DNA of 64,000 nucleotides, taken from Hemiscyllium ocellatum (lineage: Eukaryota). Shown here in pieces: positions 36,411-50,715 of the stretch; position 1 is the first letter of the stretch; every line of letters begins with the position of its first letter. The DNA lies in NCBI RefSeq assembly GCF_020745735.1, contig NC_083409.1:16988619-17052618 (forward strand). Direction: 5' to 3'. The notes under the pieces were generated by a model. That model was not told the DNA's origin, made no database searches, and saw only the letters and a list, made by a program, of their open reading frames with translations. A program made the translations under genes and the position numbers.

Positions 36411-39037
36411 ACAACACCACCAATTTACGTGGCATCTGAAAACTTTCTAATTATACAAACACAGTCAATTCATTAAGGTACATTACAAACAGAAAGGGTC
36501 GCAGCCCCAATTCCTGTCATACACCACTGGTCACAGGCTTCCAATTACGAAGACAACCCTTCACCAACTTGTCAACTTGCCTTGGATCCCATGGGCTCTG
36601 ACCATCTGGACCAGCCTTCCATGTGGGGCCTTTGTCAAACAAATCAATACTGGCATCCCGACCTCTTCAAGTATTGCTTAATCCTGTACTTCAGGATTTT
36701 TTCTAATAATTTCCCTCACACTGACATCAGACTAACTGGTCTGGAATTGCCTGGCCTATCCCTGCTGCCCTTCTTGAACAAAGGAACCACATTGACAATC
36801 CTCCAGTCTGGCACTTCACCTGTGGCCAGCGAAGTATTCATCAAGGAAAAGGCAATTAAACTTTCAAGACAATGAAATGAAAACTACAGTTAAGTTAAAC
36901 CTAAAGACACGTTAGAGAAATGAACGCCTTCTCACTGTTATTTCAATACAATAAAGCTATAATGTTTGAATAGAAAGGATTTTATTTTGCCTTGTTTTGA
37001 AATCTTTTGCAATTGTGTTTTCTGTCAGTATGTTTTATTTTATCATCATTTCTTTTGTGCACTGAGGTCTATTTATTCAATCTAAATCATCAGCATTGCG
37101 TACTTATGCTCTACAGATGCTGCAGACCAACTGCATTTCTTCAGCAGTTTGTTTGTGTTTCAGTCTGAGATCTGTGTTGTCCAATAATACCAGCAGTTGG
37201 GATGGGAATAGTTGGCTAGCATCATTATTGTCACTCTAATTAGAAATTGACACTTCGTATTTGATGAATCCAACAAACCCTTACACTGTTTTCACATCTG
37301 TCCGTCACCACATCACTGCCACCGCTCTTACCTTTCCAGAATCCAGGCAAATCCTTTTGCTCTCAGTATGTGACTGATGTACTTGGGCATCTTTAATTGC
37401 AAACTTTCTTGTTCAGCCTAATGACTCTTTCTTTCTTGTTCAGCTCCTGACAAGCTACACCCTGCAGGCCACTAGATGATTGTGGTCAGCAATGCTTTGT
37501 ATCTAGAATAGCCCACTTTGTCCCCATATCCTTCTCACTCACACTCTCAACTGATTACCCAGCTTGCCGTGTTTGAGGAGAAATTGACTCGAAATTGAAT
37601 CAACTGTTGGTATTTCATGTGGCCATTCAATTGGAAAACAAGTATATTTACACTGAAGTTAATAAATTATAAATGTATAATAATTGGACAGAATGATATA
37701 TTAAACTTTGCAGCATTTGAGGGATATAACTTTTGCCGGTTTGTCAAGAATGCCGGTTCATAAGGCACAGGTTACAACAACATTTGCTGCGTATCTTTTA
37801 TAATAGACTCCCGTATTTCTCCCACTACTGATGCCAAGCTAACTGGTCGACAAAAAACACTGTGTTCTATCTGTCTTCCTTCTTAAAATAGTGGGGTTAT
37901 TTTAGCCACTTTCCAGTCCATAGGAACTGCTCCTGAGTCTAGATTTCTGAAAGATGACGACGAGTGCATCTATTCTTTCTAATACCACTTTCCTAAGTAT
38001 TCTGGGGTGAGGGGATCAGGCTGCCAAAGATATTTTATGGCCCCTCTTTGTCCTCCTATTTTTTAAGTACCCCCCCACACTTTCGCTTCTCCCGAAGGGC
38101 CTCCCCTCTTTTTAAAGCTCTGTACTTGGTATGTGCTTATTCCTTTTTCTTTCACAAACTATCCATGTCCTTTGACATCCAGGATCCCAGGAGCTGCTGT
38201 CCTTGCCTTTCTTTCTGAGCTGGCCCTGAACTACATTAAAAAGATCCCCATTTTCCAAATGTAGACTGACCTCCAAGTAACTGATCCCAGTCTATATTTG
38301 CCAGATCCTGTCTAATGAAATTGAAATTGGTCTTGCCTCACTTTAGACATTTAACTTCTGCACTACCCTTATTCCTTTCCATAATAGTTAGGAAACGTAC
38401 GGAGTTATGTTCACTATCTCCAAAATGCTCACCCATTGACTCTTCAACAATTTGACATTACTCGGATTGAGCCCAGCACTGCCCATGTCTAGTGGGACTA
38501 TCTACGTACTGGCACCAAAAGCTCTCCTGGATGGACTTTAAAAATTCCATTCACATGAAGTCAAACATAAAGTTTATGTTAGAGAAGTTGAAATTCCTTG
38601 CTAATATAGCCCTATTCCTCTCAAGCCTCTCATTGCTTTGCCGACATATCTGCTCCTCTCTCTCCATCTGACTATTGGGGAGGCTGTAGTATAAGCCCAG
38701 CAAAGTGATTGTCCTTTTGTCTAGCTCTACCCAGACGGCGTCATTTGAAGACCCTTCCAAGAAATGCTCCTTCAGTAGCAATACTGCAGTCATGGTTTCT
38801 TTTATCAATAATGCAACACACCCACCTCTCTTGCGCCCTGTCTATCCCACCTCAGACTTGTCTACCCTGGAATGTTGAGTGGCCAGTCCTATCTTTGTTC
38901 AATCTTGTCTCAGCAATTGCAACAATATGATATTCCAAAAAGACAATGCAACAGCATATGAAATAGCATAAGAGATATGGTTAGTAAGTTTGCAGATGAC
39001 ACCAAAATTGGAGGTGGAGTGGACAGCAAAGAAGGTT

Positions 39038-39175
39038 CGGAGAAAGTGAGGACTGAAGTTGCTGGAGATCAGAGCTGAAAATGTGTTGCTGGAAAAGCGC
39101 AGCAGGTCAGGCAGCATCAAAGGAGCAGGAGAATCGACGTTTCGGGCATAAGCCCTTCTTCAGGGATTTCTTTTA
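39038..39175 (-). mobile_element. 138-bp hammerhead-bearing mini-element with 13-bp TSD, inserted in a CR1 LINE
   Basis: TSD agcaaagaaggtt at 39025-39037 and 39176-39188; intact core CTGAAGA-A-GGGC-TTAT-GCCC-GAAA-CG-TC at 39136-39163 (minus). Confidence 0.85.
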
Positions 39176-40499
39176 AGCAAAGAAGGTTACCTCAGATTAC
39201 AACGGGATCTTGATCAGATGGGCCAATGGGCTGAGAAGTGGCAGATGGAGTTTAATTCAGATAAATGCGAGGTGATACATTTTGGGAAAGCAAACCTTAG
39301 CAGGACTTATACACTTAATGATAAGGTCCTAGAGAGTGTTGCTGAACAAAGAGACCTTAGAGTGCAGGTTCATAGCTCCTTGAAAGTGGAGTCACAGGTA
39401 GATAGGATAGTGAAGAAGGTGTTTGCTATGCTTTCCTTTATTGGTCAGAGTATCGAATAGAGGAGTTAGGAGGTCATGTTGTGGCTGTATACGACATTGG
39501 TGAGGCCACTGTTGAAATATTCTGGTCTCCTTCCTATCGAAAAGATGTTGTGAAACTTGAAAGTGTTCAAAAAAGATTTATTAGGATGTTGCCAGGGTTG
39601 GAGGATTTGAGCTAAAGTGAGAGGCTGAACAGGCTGGGGCTGTTTTCCCCGAAGCGGCAGAGGTTGAGGGTGACCTTATAGAAGTTTACAAAATTATGAG
39701 GAGCATGGATAGGATAAATAGTCAAAGTCTTTTCCCTGGGGTTGGGGAGTCCAGAACTAGAGGGCATAGGTTTAGGGTGAGAGGGGAATGATATAAAAGA
39801 GACGCAAGGGGCAACTTTTTCACACAGAGAGTGGTATGTGTATGGAATGAGCTGCCAGAGGAAGTGGTGGAGGCTGGTACAATTGCAACATTTAAAAGGC
39901 ATTTGGATGCACACATGAATAAAAATGGTTTGGGGGGATGTGGGCCGGGTGCTGGCAGGTGGGACTAGATTGGGTTGGGACATCTGGTCGGCATGGACAG
40001 GTTGGACCAAAGGGTTTGTTTCCACGTTGTACATCTCTATGTCTCGCTGACTCTGTATTCCCAAGTGCCGTTCAATGTTCTCAGTTCAACCACATTACTG
40101 GTCAAGCTCCTTACATTGAAATAGCTACAATTCAGCTTTCTGATCCTCCTGTATTCTGGATCGTGTCCTAGTGGTCACTCAGTGGTTTTCTGCATTGCCC
40201 TTACTTTCCCATGAAGGGAAACATTGAGCATTAACTTTAGGGAATGTTAGACCAATTAGTCGGACATCAGCAGTGGAGAAAAAGCTCAAATTCATTATAA
40301 AATATTTTATAGCTTCGCACTGAGAAAACAGTGACAGAATTGGGCAGAGTCAGCATGGATTGTCAAAAGAAAAATCATGCTTAACAAATCGACTGGACTT
40401 GTTTGAGGATGTAGTGAATGGATTTAACAAGGGGGAGCCAGCGGATGTGGTTTATTTGGACTTTGTAAGGGGAATAGATAGGTGGTTCTGTGGTCAAAA

Positions 40500-43400
40500 A
40501 CGAGACTCCTGAATAGCTCTGAAGGGGGAGGGTGAACAGATAGCTGTGATGGTGCATGTAGGCCGCAATGATATACATAATAAACGGGATGAGGTCCAAC
40601 ATGCAGAATTTAGGGAGTTAGGAACCACATTAAAAATAAGGACCTCAGAGGTAGTAATCTCAGGATTGCAACCAGTGCCGCGTATTAGTCAGAATAGACA
40701 TGGAAGAATAGGCAGGATGAATGAGTGGCTTGAGAGATGGCGCAGTGGTGGGGGGGGGGGGGGTTCAGATTTTTGCGACATTGGGATTGGTTCTGGGGGA
40801 GGTGGGACTATTACAAATCAAGAATGCCTGCACCTGGGCAGGACTGGAACCAATGTCCTCCAGGCTACTTTTGCTCACGTTCTTGGGGACGGTTCAAAAT
40901 AATGTAGCTGAGTGATGGGAACCAAATGAGGAGGTTAGTGGACAGTAAGGAGGTAGTAACTAAAACCTGGAAGGAACTAAGTAATGAAATGGGCGTGATT
41001 AAGGGTAAGAATAGGTAGATGATGAACACAAAGGGACAGGTGGTCTGAGATGCATTTGTTTTAATGCAAAAAGTGTAGTAGGTAAGGCAGAGGAATTTAG
41101 GGCTTGGATTTGTACCTGGTGGTATGATGTTATTGCTATTACTGAGACTTGGTCGAGGGAAAGGCAAGATTGGCAACTAAATATCCCAGGATACAGATGT
41201 ATCTGATGGGTTCAAGACGGAGGTAAAAGGGGTAGAGGAGTAGCATTACTGGTCAGAGAGGACATCACAGCTGTGCTGAAGGAAGGCACGATGGAGGACT
41301 TGAGCAGAGGGGGAGTTTGGGCAGACCTCAGAAACAGGAAGGGTACAGTAACAATGCTGGGGCTGTACTATAGTCCTCCCAACAGCCAGCACGAGATAGC
41401 GGTCAAATATGTAAACAGATTACAGAAGATGTAGGAGCAACAGGGTGGTGGCGATGGGAGATTTTAATTTTCTCAACATTGACGGGGATTCATTTAAAGT
41501 TATAGGTTTAGACAGAGCAAAATTTGTAAGGAGCACCCAGGAGGATTTTACATCGTATGTAAATAGTTCAACTCAGGAAGGGGCCATACTGGACCTGGTG
41601 TTGGGGAATGAGCCCAGCCAGGTGGTTGAAATCTCAGTCGGGGATTACTTTGGGAACAGTGATCACAATTCCGTAAGTTTTTAGAGTGCTAATGGACAAA
41701 GACAAGAGTGGTCCGAAAGGAAGAGGGCTAAACTGGGGGAAGGCCAACTATAGCAAAATTCGGCAGAAGCTGGGGAATGTGGATTGGGAGCAGCTGTTTG
41801 AGGGTAAATCCACATTTGATATGTGGGAGGCTTTGTAAGAGAGGTTGATTAGAATGCAGGACAGACATGACCCTGTGACAATGAGGGATGAAATGACAAG
41901 ATTAGGGAACCCTGGATGACAGGTGAAATTGTGAGACTAGCTAAGAGGAAAAAGGATGCATCCATAAAGTCTAGGTGGCTGACAACAGGCAAAGCTTTGG
42001 AAGAATATTGGGAAACTAGGACCGATCTGAAATTAGGAATTAAAAGGGCTAAAAGGGGTCACAAAACATCATTATCAAAATGGGTTAAGGAAATCCCAAA
42101 GCCTTTTATTCATATATAAGGAGCAAGAGGGTGACTAGAGAAAGGGCTGGCCCACTCAAGGACAGAGGAAATTTAAGCATGGAGTTAGGGAAAATGGGAG
42201 AGATTCTAAATGAGTGGTTTGTTTTGGTACTCACCAAGGAGATGGAAAAGCTGGACATTGAAGTTGGGGATAGATGTTTGATTACTCTTGGTCAAGTTGG
42301 TTTAAGGCGGGAGAAAGTGTTGAGTATTCTAAAAGGCATTAAGGTGGACAGGTCCCCAGGTCAGGATGGAATCTATCCCCGGGTACTGTGGAAAGCAAGA
42401 GAGGAGATAGCTGGGGCCTTAAGAGATATCTATGTAGCAATCTTGAACATGGGTGAGGTCCCAGAGGACTGGAGAATAGCTAATGTTGTCCCCTTGTATA
42501 AAAAGAGTAGCAAAGATAATCCAGGTAATTATCAAGCGGTGAGCCTGACGTCAGTGGAAGGGAAGCTGCTGAAGCAGATACTGATTTGGAAGAAAATGGA
42601 TGTATCAGTGATAGGCAACATGATTTTGTGCAGGGAATTTCATGTCTTACCTACTTCATAGAATTTTTTGAAGAAGTGACAAAGTTGATAGATTAGGGAA
42701 GAGCTGTAGATGTCATACACATGGACTTCAGTAAGGTGTTTGATAACATTCCCCATGTAGCCTGATAGAGAAATTAAAGTCGCATGGGGTCCAGTATGTA
42801 CTAGTTAGATGGATATAGAACAGGCTGGGCAACAGGAGACAGAGAGTAGTAGTGGAAGGGAATTTCTCAAAATGGAGAACAGGAATACATGCTGAGAACA
42901 CTCTTGTTTATATGATATATATAAATGATCTGGAAGAAGGAATAGGTGGTCTGATTAACAAGTTTGCAGATGACACTAAGATTGGTGGAGTAGCAGATAG
43001 TGAAGGGGACTGTCAGAGAATGCAGCAGAATATAGATAGATTGGAGAGTTGGGCAGAGAAACAGACAGATGGAGTTCAATCCGGCCAAATGTGATCTGAT
43101 GAATTTTGGAAGATCCAATTCTGGAGTAAACTAGATGCTGAATGGAAAGCCCTGGGGAAAATTGATGCACAGAGAGATCTGGATGTTCGGGTCCATTGTA
43201 CCCTGAAGGTGGTAATGCAGGTTGATAGAGTGGTCAAGTGGGCAGATGGCATGCTTTCCTTCATCGGTTGGGGTACAAGAGTAGGCAGGTCATGTTAGAA
43301 TTGTATCAGAATTTGGCTTGGCCACATTTGGAATACTGCATACAGTTCTGGTCGCCACATTACCAAAAGGATGAGGATGCTTTGGAGATGGTGCAGAGGA

Positions 43401-43875
43401 GCTTAACCAGGATTGTCTCATATGGAGGGCATGAGCTATGAAGAGAGGTTGAGTAGATTAGCATCATTTTCAATAGAAAGTTGAAGATTGAGGGAGGACC
43501 TGCTAGAGGTCTACAAAATCACGAGAGCTATAAACATGATGGATAGCAAGAAGATTTTTCCCAGAGTGAGGGGTTCAATTGCTAGGGACCATGGGTTCAA
43601 GGTGAGAGGAGAAAGGTTTAGGGGAGATATGCGTGGAACGTTCTTTACGCAGAGAGTGGTTGGTACCTGGAACACGTTGCCAGCGGAAGTGGTAGAGGCG
43701 GGCATGATAGCATCATTAAAGATGTATCGAGATAGATGCATGAATGGGCAGGGAACAGAGGGATACAGATCCTTGGAAAATTGATGATAGGTTGAAATTG
43801 AAGCTATGGATCAGTGCAGGCTTGGAGGGCCGAAGGGCCTGTTCCTGTTTGTAATTTTCTTTGTCCCTTGTTCTT
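40500..43875 (+). mobile_element. Long CR1 LINE (ORF1 esterase end, APE, RT, 3' end), pseudogenised
   Basis: VHVGRNDI...EVVISGLQPVPR (40546-40902); MGDFNF (41445); DGIYPRVLWKAREEIAG...PGNYQAVSLTS (42131-42661); YINDLEE...KFADDTKIGG (42852-43094). Confidence 0.9.
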
Positions 43876-46849
43876 GGACCTGAGAAAGCTCAAAGGAACA
43901 GAATGATCTTGGGGTACTTGTCCACTGATCCCCGAATGTGGCAAGACAGGTTAACAGAGGACACTTGCCTTGGTCATGTCAGGTATTGGTTATAAAAGCA
44001 GGAGGAGATGGTGCAGTTAAGCAGAACATTGGTTAGCCCACAGCTGGAGTACTGTGTGCAGTTCAGGTCACCACACTGTAGGAAGGATGTGATTGCACTG
44101 GATGGGGTGCAGAGGGGAATCACCAGGATGTTGTGTGGGACGGAGCCTCTTAGTGATGAAGAGAAATTGGATCAGCTCGGTTGTTTTCTTCAGAGCAGAG
44201 AAGGTGGAGGGGGACCTGATCGAGGTGTATAAGGTTATGAGAGGAATGGACAGGGAGGAGAGAAAGCAGCTGTTCTTCTTCATGGGAGGGTCAATAAAAA
44301 GTTGGTTTACATTCATTGTGAAAGATAGGAAGTTTCAAGATGTTTTGAGGAAAATGTTTTTTTATCCAGAGGGTGGTGGGGGTCTGGAACGCACAGCCTG
44401 GGAGAGCAGTTGACGTGGGAAACCTCACAAACTTTAAAAAGTACTTGGGTGAGCAGTTGAAATGTCATAACATTCTAGCTATGGGCTCATATTGGAAAGT
44501 GGGATTGGTGCAGGTTTAGTGTAGTTTGGCTGGTACACAGTTAATGGGCTGAAGGACCTGTTCTGTACTGTGTGATTTTATGATTGTATTGTGTACAGTT
44601 TTGGTCTCCTTATCTGAGAAAGGATGTTCTGGTTGTGGAGGGAGGACAGCGAAAGTTTACCAGACTGATTCCTGGGATGACAGCACTTAGATCTGTTGAG
44701 AAACTGGATCAGTTAGGATTATATTCACTGGAGGTTAGAAGATTGAGAGGAATCACGTTGGAACCTTTAAAATCCTAACAGGACAAGACCGGAAAAACAC
44801 AGGAAGTATGTTCCTGATCATTGGAGAATCCAGAACCAGGAATTACAGTTTAAAGAAAAGGGAAAGGTTATTTCAGACTGAGCTGAGGAGACATTTCTTT
44901 AGCCAGAGAGTGGGAAGCTCATGGAATATTCTATCACAGAAAGCAGTTGAGACCAAAACATTAAAAGTTTTCAAGAAGGAGATAGGTCTAAAGGGACTTA
45001 GGACGAAAGGGATTAAGGTTATGGGAAAAAAGTGGGAACGGGACTAAGTTGAATGATCAGCCATGGTCATATTTAATGGCAGACCCCACTCGAAGGGCTG
45101 AATGGCCTACTCCTGCTGTTCGTTACTTTGTTTCTGCGTTTGAGAGACTGTCCGTAAACATGGAAACATATGGAATTATAGAGTCAAAGAGTCATCGAGT
45201 CCTACAGCACAGAGACAGGCTTTTTGGTCCACACTGGTCCATGCTGACCAAAATGTCCATCCATGCTAACCCCATTTCCCTGCACTTGGCCCATATCCTT
45301 CGGAGCCTTTCCTATCCATGTATTTGTCCAAATGCCTTTTTAAAGTTGTTAATATACCCGCCTCAATCACTTCCACTGGCAGATCATTCCATATGCGTGC
45401 CACCCTCTGTGTAAACAAGTTGTCCCTCAGGTTCCCTTTTATTCTTTCTCCTCTAACCTAAAACCCCTCTCATCCTCAATTCCCCAACACTGGGAAAAAG
45501 ACTGAGTGCATTTACCCTATCCATGTCTCTCAAGGTCTTATACACTTCTAAAAAAAAACCCTCAGTCTCCTACACTCTCTGAAAAAAGTCCTAGCTTGTC
45601 CAACTTCTCACAAAAACTCAGACTGTTGAGTCCTGGCAACATGCTTGTACATTTCCTCTGAACTTGTTCCAGTTTAATAATGTCCTTCCTATAACAAGGT
45701 GACCAAATACTCCAAGTGCGACCTCACCAACGTTCTGTAAAATGGTAACATAACTTCTCAACTTCTATACTCAATGCCCTGACTGATGAAGGCCAGTGTG
45801 TCAAAAGCCTTCCTCACTGCCCTGTCGAACTGTGACTCAACTTCCAGAGAACCGTGTACCTGAACTCCAAGATCTCTCTGTTTCACTACAGTCCTTAGGC
45901 CTTACCATTCACCATGGTACTCCCACCTCGATTAAACTTCCGAAAGTGCAAGACCTCACAATTATCTCTCTGAACTCATTTTGTCATTTCTCTGCCCATT
46001 TCTCCAGCTGATCAAGGTCCTGCTGCAATTTCTGATAACCTCCCTCAATGTCTACTGTAATGTCATCTGCAAACTTACCAATCATGCCTTGCAGATTCTC
46101 ATCCAAATTATTGATGTAGATAGCAAAGAGTAATGGAAACAGGACCTAGCCCTGAGGCACTCCTCTAGACACAGGCCTCTAGTCTGACAAGCATCCTTCC
46201 ACTGTTACCCACTGCTTCGTACCATCAAGCCAATCAAAGAAAAGTATTTGTCTTTGGTCAGGAATTAGTTTGGAGGTAGGAGGCAGAGAGGAAGAATAGT
46301 GAGTGCATCCTCCAGTGAGGAAGATGTGAATAGTATCCCCAGGGATCTGTGCTGCGAGCTCAGCTTTTTAAGATATTTCTCAATGACTTGGATGAAGAAA
46401 CAGAGAGCTGTACATCCAAGATTGCTGATCACACTGACTGAGGCAGCTTGGAGGAGGTTACAGAGATAGGGAGGGTGGAGGGCAGAGAGGGTTTTGCGAA
46501 CAAGGATGAGAACTTGACAATCAAGGAGTTGCTGGAAAGGAGCCAATGTAGAAACAGGGTGCAGGGGGTTGGGGGAACAGGACTTGATGCAAGTTTGGAT
46601 ACAGGCATCAGAATTTGGAATGAACTGAAGGTTATGGAGGGCGATTGCTGTGATGTGTGTGAGCACAACATTGGAATGGTCATGTTTGGAGTCCCCAGAC
46701 ATGATTGAGATTTTCAGTGGCTGGTCTGTATAATATGGAGAATATGGGGCTCAGATCATTCTCAGAGATGTGGCCACATTTGTAAAGAGTCTGGTTGTGC
46801 AGCAGACCCCCAGGGAGAGGGATGGAGTTTGGAGCAGGAGATGAAGAGG

Positions 46850-47130
46850 ATGGCTTTGATCTTCCCAATATGTTTCACAGTGAGTCCGGGCTTCTCAGTC
46901 CTGACTGCTCTTAGCTGCTGTGATTGTCACTGATTGGACACTTATTATTAGATATTCTGACCACAGCAGAAAGCCCCAGTGTAAAAAATAGTTGCAAAGG
47001 CTGTCAGAGCACAAGGTTGAAACTTCACCAAAAGAGGAAGTGAAAGAAGGAGCTCGGAGCAGCTGGGTGTTTGTTACTGAGATGGGAGAAAACTGTGAAC
47101 TGTCTGCTCTCCCTGGAACCTGACAGCACA
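46850..47130. promoter_or_regulatory. Candidate light-chain enhancer, cluster 2
   Basis: AAAAGAGGAAGTGAAAG with EICE at 47036-47045; CAGCTG at 47060-47065; ATTGG at 46933-46937. Confidence 0.55.
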
Positions 47131-49054
47131 GGAGGCTGGGTCTGGGATTTTTCTTTTCAGAAACAGCACAGTGATGGAAAAAGTGTCAGTCACTCTCTCA
47201 CAAACACACACGCCTGCACTTGGAGATTAGAAACAGAATCCAGCAGCAGCTCTGTCTCCAAGCTGTGAAACCTGCACAGAATTGTTCCCTCATTCAGTTT
47301 ATAACTGGCAGGATAGACCAAGCAGGGGAAGCAACACAGTGGTGTGTACAGTCAGAAGGGAGTTGCCCTGGGAGTCCTCACCATTAACTATGGAACCCAT
47401 GAAGCCTCATGACAGCAGGTCAAACATGGGGAAGGAAACCTCCTGCTGATTACCACATAGCACCGCCCTCCCCTCCAACCTCAACTGAGCAGTCAGTCCT
47501 CCTCCATGTTTGACAACACTTGGAGGGAGCATTGAGGGATGGAAGGACGCAGGATATACCCTGAGTAAGGGACTTCAAAGTCCACCATCAAGAGCTGCTC
47601 AGAATCATCACTACTGAGCAAGCTGGTCAGGTTCCACCTGATTCAGCTGCGAGACTGGACCTGGGGCAGGTGGTGAGGGAACCAACAAGAGGGAACAACA
47701 TACTCACTATCACCCTCACCAACCTGCCTGCTGCTGGTGTATCTGTCCATGACAGTATCAGTAAGGGTGACCACCGCACAGTCCGTGTGGAGACAAAATC
47801 CCATCTTCACATTTAAGTTACCTTACATTTTGTTGGGCAAGAGATTCGGGATGTCAGGAAGAACTTTGTTTTGAACAGCAATTGGTAATGACTTGGAAAT
47901 TAGTGCCATTCAGGTGAGGCAGGTGAAGACACTCAGTGATTGCAATGGCAGATTGGATGGGCTCTTGATGGAAATAAACCTGCAAGGCTCTGGGGGTCGA
48001 GTAGGGATTGCTCCATGAAATGACAGCATTTACCTGACAGGCTGAATGTTCTCCCCCTGTGCTGGAAATAGGTCTAACTCAATGAGGGGTTCACAATTAG
48101 AGAGTTTGGATGCAGTAAATACAGGACAAATTGTTTCTCCAGGCAGGAGGGTCAGTAACCAGAGGGCACACATTTCAGAAAGGGTCTGAAGAACAAGAGA
48201 GAAGATAGGAACATTTTTATCCAGCGAGTTTATGATGTCTGTCTGCAAGGTGAGTGGGAGTGGATTCAACAGCAACTTTCAAAAGGGCCTTTGGAGAAAT
48301 AGCTGTAAAGGAAACAATTGCAGGGTTATACAGGAAGGGCTGGGTAAATGGGACTAATTGGACTAATTTGTCTAACTGTCACAATAGGCCCAATGACCTC
48401 TGTCTGTGCTGTATAAGAACTTACACACACTTAGTCTCACCTTTACACAAAGACTAGGAGAAACAGACAACCCAGTTTACAAAAGAATGCTTTCTCAAAC
48501 ACTCTTGAACCAACTCAGGGAACAGGCCCAGACTAGATTTACTAGAGTAAGTCAGCAAATCAATGACAAGGGAACAGTAAACCAAAAGCAATGGGACTGA
48601 ACAATATATTCAGTAACACAACAATTGAGAGGAGGAGGGATGAAGGGCAGGAGGTCAGAGAGCATGCTGTAGGGGCCTGAAGGCTCTGCTGTCAATGGTG
48701 GGATGGAGGAAGCAGCAATGGACAGGAGACTAGAGACAGAAGATGGAAAGGGGAGGAAGGGAATGGAAGCAGCAGGACACAGATTGAGGGAGGAGGGAGG
48801 CCATGGAGGCAATTGGTTGGCAGTGAGCTCATTCTTGAACGACTTCAGATGTCAGACAAGGAAGGGACCACTCCATATCAGACAAGTTGGGGTTTATGGA
48901 ATGTGACTTCAGGAAGCTGGGAGAGGACATTAGAATCAATAGTTAGGACAAGCAGGAATTAGTGTTTCTGTGGCCAGGGGACTGAAGTCGTGCAGAGACA
49001 GACAGTGTTGTTGAGACTGAAATAAGGGACCTTCATGATGGAGTGGATTTTGGG

Positions 49055-50715
49055 TTTGCAGCTCAAGTACTGGACAGTCCAGTGGGAAGGAGGCCCATGT
49101 TTACTGGTCTCTCCTGAAGCATCCAGTGAGAAGGAAGTCCATGTTTATTGGTGTCTGTTGGAGGTTCCAGTGGGACGGAGGTCCATGTTTACTGGTTCTA
49201 TGGGAAGGTGGCTCATGTATACATCATCATAGAGTCATAGAGGTTTACAGCATGGCATCAGGTCCTTCAGCCCAACTCATCCATGCTGACCAAGTTTCCA
49301 AAACTGAACGAATCCTATTTGCCTGTGTTTGGCCCAAATCTCTCTGAAGCCTTCCTATCCATGTTGCTGTAAAAATCTCCTTGAAATGTAGTAACTGTAC
49401 TCCCCTCTACCACTTCCTCTGGCAGCTCATTACACATACACACCAACCTCTGTGTGAAAAGGTTGTCTCTCAGTTTCCTTTTAATCCTTTCCCCCCTCAA
49501 CTTAAACCTATTCCTTTTAGTACTGGATTCTCCTACCCTGGGGAAAAGACTTTGGCTATTTACCTTATCTATGACCCTCATGATTCTATAAACCTATATA
49601 AGGTCACCCCTCAATCTCCTGCATTCCCTGGAAAAAACATCTTGGCATATCCATCTTCGCCTTATAATTCAAACCCTCCAATCTTGGTAACATCCCTGTT
49701 AATCTTTCTTTTATTCAAACCAGCGTAATGACTTCCTTCCTATAGCAGGGTGAGCAGAAATGTACACAGTGACCAAATGTGGCCTTACCGATGCCTTATA
49801 CAGCTGTAACATGATGTCCCAGCTCCTGTACTCCCTGCTTTGACCAGTGAAGGTGCGCATGCCAAATACCTTCTTCACCACCCTGTCTACCTGTGACACC
49901 ATTTTCCAGGAACTATGTACCTGTACCCCTCGGTCTCTCTGTTCAACAACACTCCCCATGGCTGTACCATTAATTGTGTAATTCCTGCCCTGGTTTGCCT
50001 TACCAAAATGTAACTCCTTCCATTTATCAGAATTTCCATCTGGATTTGTTGACCCACTGGCCCAGTTGATGAAGATGACATTGCACTCTTCGATAACCTT
50101 CTTCCCTGTCCACGATGCCAACAATTTTAATGTCAGCCATAAACTTCCTGACCATTCCTGCTATTTTCTCTCCAAATTGTTCATATAAATGATGAACAAC
50201 AGTGGATCCAGGATCGATTCTTGTGACAGACGGCTGGTCACTGGCCTCCAGTCTGAAGAACAACCCTCTCTCACCAGCCTCTGCCTCCTACCATCAGGCC
50301 AATTTTATATCCAATTGGCTCGCTCTCCTTGGATCCTATGTGATATAATATTACTGAGCAATCTACCGTGAGGAACCTTGTCTAAGGCCTTGCTAAAGTC
50401 CAAGTAGACAGAGTGTACTGCTCTACCTTTATCTAAGTTTGTGATAACTTCTTCAAAAACTCAGTCATCTACTTGTCTGAATCGGTAAGTCCAATGAATA
50501 GGAGGCCCATGTTTACTGATCTCTCTTGGAGGATCAAATCAGAAGTAGGCCAATGTTTACTGGTCTCTGTTGGAGGTTCCAGCAGGAAGGAGCTCATGTT
50601 TACTGGTCTCTTCTGGGAACTTCAGTGGGAAGGAGGCCCATGTCTCTCTATCGATCAGCCTTGTGTACTAAATTCCATGTTTAGTGGACTCTGTTGGAGA
50701 GTCCAGTACGTCATG
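49055..50715. repeat. 44-bp array upstream of promoter 2, split by a CR1 fragment (about 49222-50470)
   Basis: Units agtgggaaggaggcccatgtttactggtctctgttggaggttcc; TGTTTAC at 49098, 49186, 50510, 50554 and 50597. Confidence 0.85.

Noticed and set aside
26660-46260. Additional V/J segments or a retained signal joint from the germline VJ event
   Set aside because: I found no V motifs, complete RSS or fused heptamers (CACTGTGCACAGTG) by eye.
47167-47173. CACAGTG heptamer (also several in SINE heads)
   Set aside because: No nonamer at 12 or 23 nt and no adjacent V/J coding sequence; chance or SINE-derived.
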